Shown in pieces: positions 63,129 through 64,000 of a DNA stretch of 64,000 bases (position 1 is the first letter of the stretch; the number at the start of each line of letters is the position of its first letter). This stretch comes from Marsupella aquatica. Its lineage: Eukaryota; Plantae; Marchantiophyta. The notes beneath the pieces were generated by a model that worked only from the letters and a program-made list of their open reading frames with translations, searched no databases and had not been told where the DNA came from. The stretch spans positions 10,997,832 through 11,061,831 of the forward strand of contig OZ316897.1 of the NCBI GenBank assembly GCA_973895155.1, read 5' to 3'. The position numbers and the translations under genes were made by a program.

Positions 63129-63637
63129 GCTAAATTTCCATTCCTAACAGGGTCATCGTCAATCATCCGACAATGCCACGGTGGCCTAATGAACACCTCA
63201 TCTGGGTCTGAGTCCATCCTCAATGCATACACCCCCCAACTTGGGTGTTGACGCAACAAAATGTTCCAACTCTTTGCGTTATATACAACCCCAATATAAA
63301 GGAAAAGGTGCTCTCCATCGAAGCCACATCTCCATGGCTTTGGAGCTCGCTTTGGAGGGACAACAATGTCTTCCAAAGCATATAGACCATATCCTATATC
63401 AGCACCAATAGAGGACTCATTCACTATCCAAGGACGGCCCCATATCTCCATAGGTTCATCAATAGGAATGTAATCTGGAAATTTGAAGACACTGGGAGAA
63501 AAGTCTTTCAAAACATCTACAGCCCTGCCAGTGAGATAGGATGCTCCAAATCGACCCTCAACGCCAATGTAATCTACATAATTTGTTGGAGGACGATCAC
63601 TATCTAACACCCCCTCCCGGATGTCTATGTGGTCCAT
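63129..63637 (-). pseudogene. CACTA-3 SET exon, C-terminally truncated by deletion
   Basis: 'ESSIGADIGYGLYALEDI..HLFLYIG..YALRMD..IDDDPVRNGNLA' joined directly to transposase sequence. Confidence 0.8.
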
Positions 63638-64000
63638 AGGCTCGTACTACCGTCTATGTCTATGAGACCGTGCTTGTGTACGTAGGACTCTTGAAGTCCC
63701 AACCTCTGGCCACTAGTAGAAACCGGGGCATTTCATGACCAGACCAGTTATGACAGGCTTGACCACCATAGTGCTTTAATAAAATGTCAGTCTTATGGAT
63801 GTGACCTCACATGACTTGACAGTCACTAATGAGTCTACATAAGATAAGACACTAGAGCTTTGAAATTATGAACAATGGATAGTCCTAGTCATGCCTAGTC
63901 TAAGTAATATAAATGCAGTTGGTCCAACCACGTCCAATATAGTCATAAATTGGCTTGAACATTCTCATTGTGGGATTAATCCCGTTACTCCCACTTGGGC

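Larger units (their letters stand above)
59806..64000 (-). mobile_element. CACTA element 3 (CACTA-2 family), runs off the right edge
   Basis: Terminus CACTAGTACATTTT, identical to the CACTA-2 right TIR. TCCGAT subterminal repeats. Transposase closely similar to CACTA-2. Confidence 0.9.

Overview
Eukaryotic DNA, probably from a land plant (GT-AG introns, TTTAGGG/telobox motifs, plant-type L1, Ty3/Gypsy and CACTA elements). It consists almost entirely of nested transposons, and I found no ordinary host gene, RNA gene or CRISPR array. Target-site duplications (TSDs) allow most layers to be separated. The outer layer is a divergent gene pair: a decayed, spliced gene (minus strand, <1-2905) with a ParB/Srx-like domain plus a beta-class amino-(N6A/N4C) DNA methyltransferase motif (DIPY), and a Sola1/DUF7869-like DDD/E transposase (plus strand) now split into three pieces (8418-9902, 44825-44915, 57282-59033). 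Inserted into this layer are a MITE (1027-1603), a 4-kb solo LTR containing a long intact ORF (3397-7412), an L1 (9903-44807, 17-bp TSD), CACTA-2 (45031-57252, containing a second L1) and CACTA-3 (59806 to beyond the window end). The first L1 contains a Gypsy with a 4.65-kb ORF-bearing LTR and CACTA-1 (21813-43153). CACTA-1 in turn contains a TIR element with a 4-bp TSD that holds another Gypsy. The main findings are: (1) all three CACTAs carry a SET-domain exon, and in the two complete copies it is positioned for alternative splicing with the transposase's first exon; (2) the ParB-amino-MTase gene paired with a Sola-like transposase; (3) Gypsy LTRs that encode a protein inside the LTR. All family assignments come from motif recognition by eye; no database search was run.
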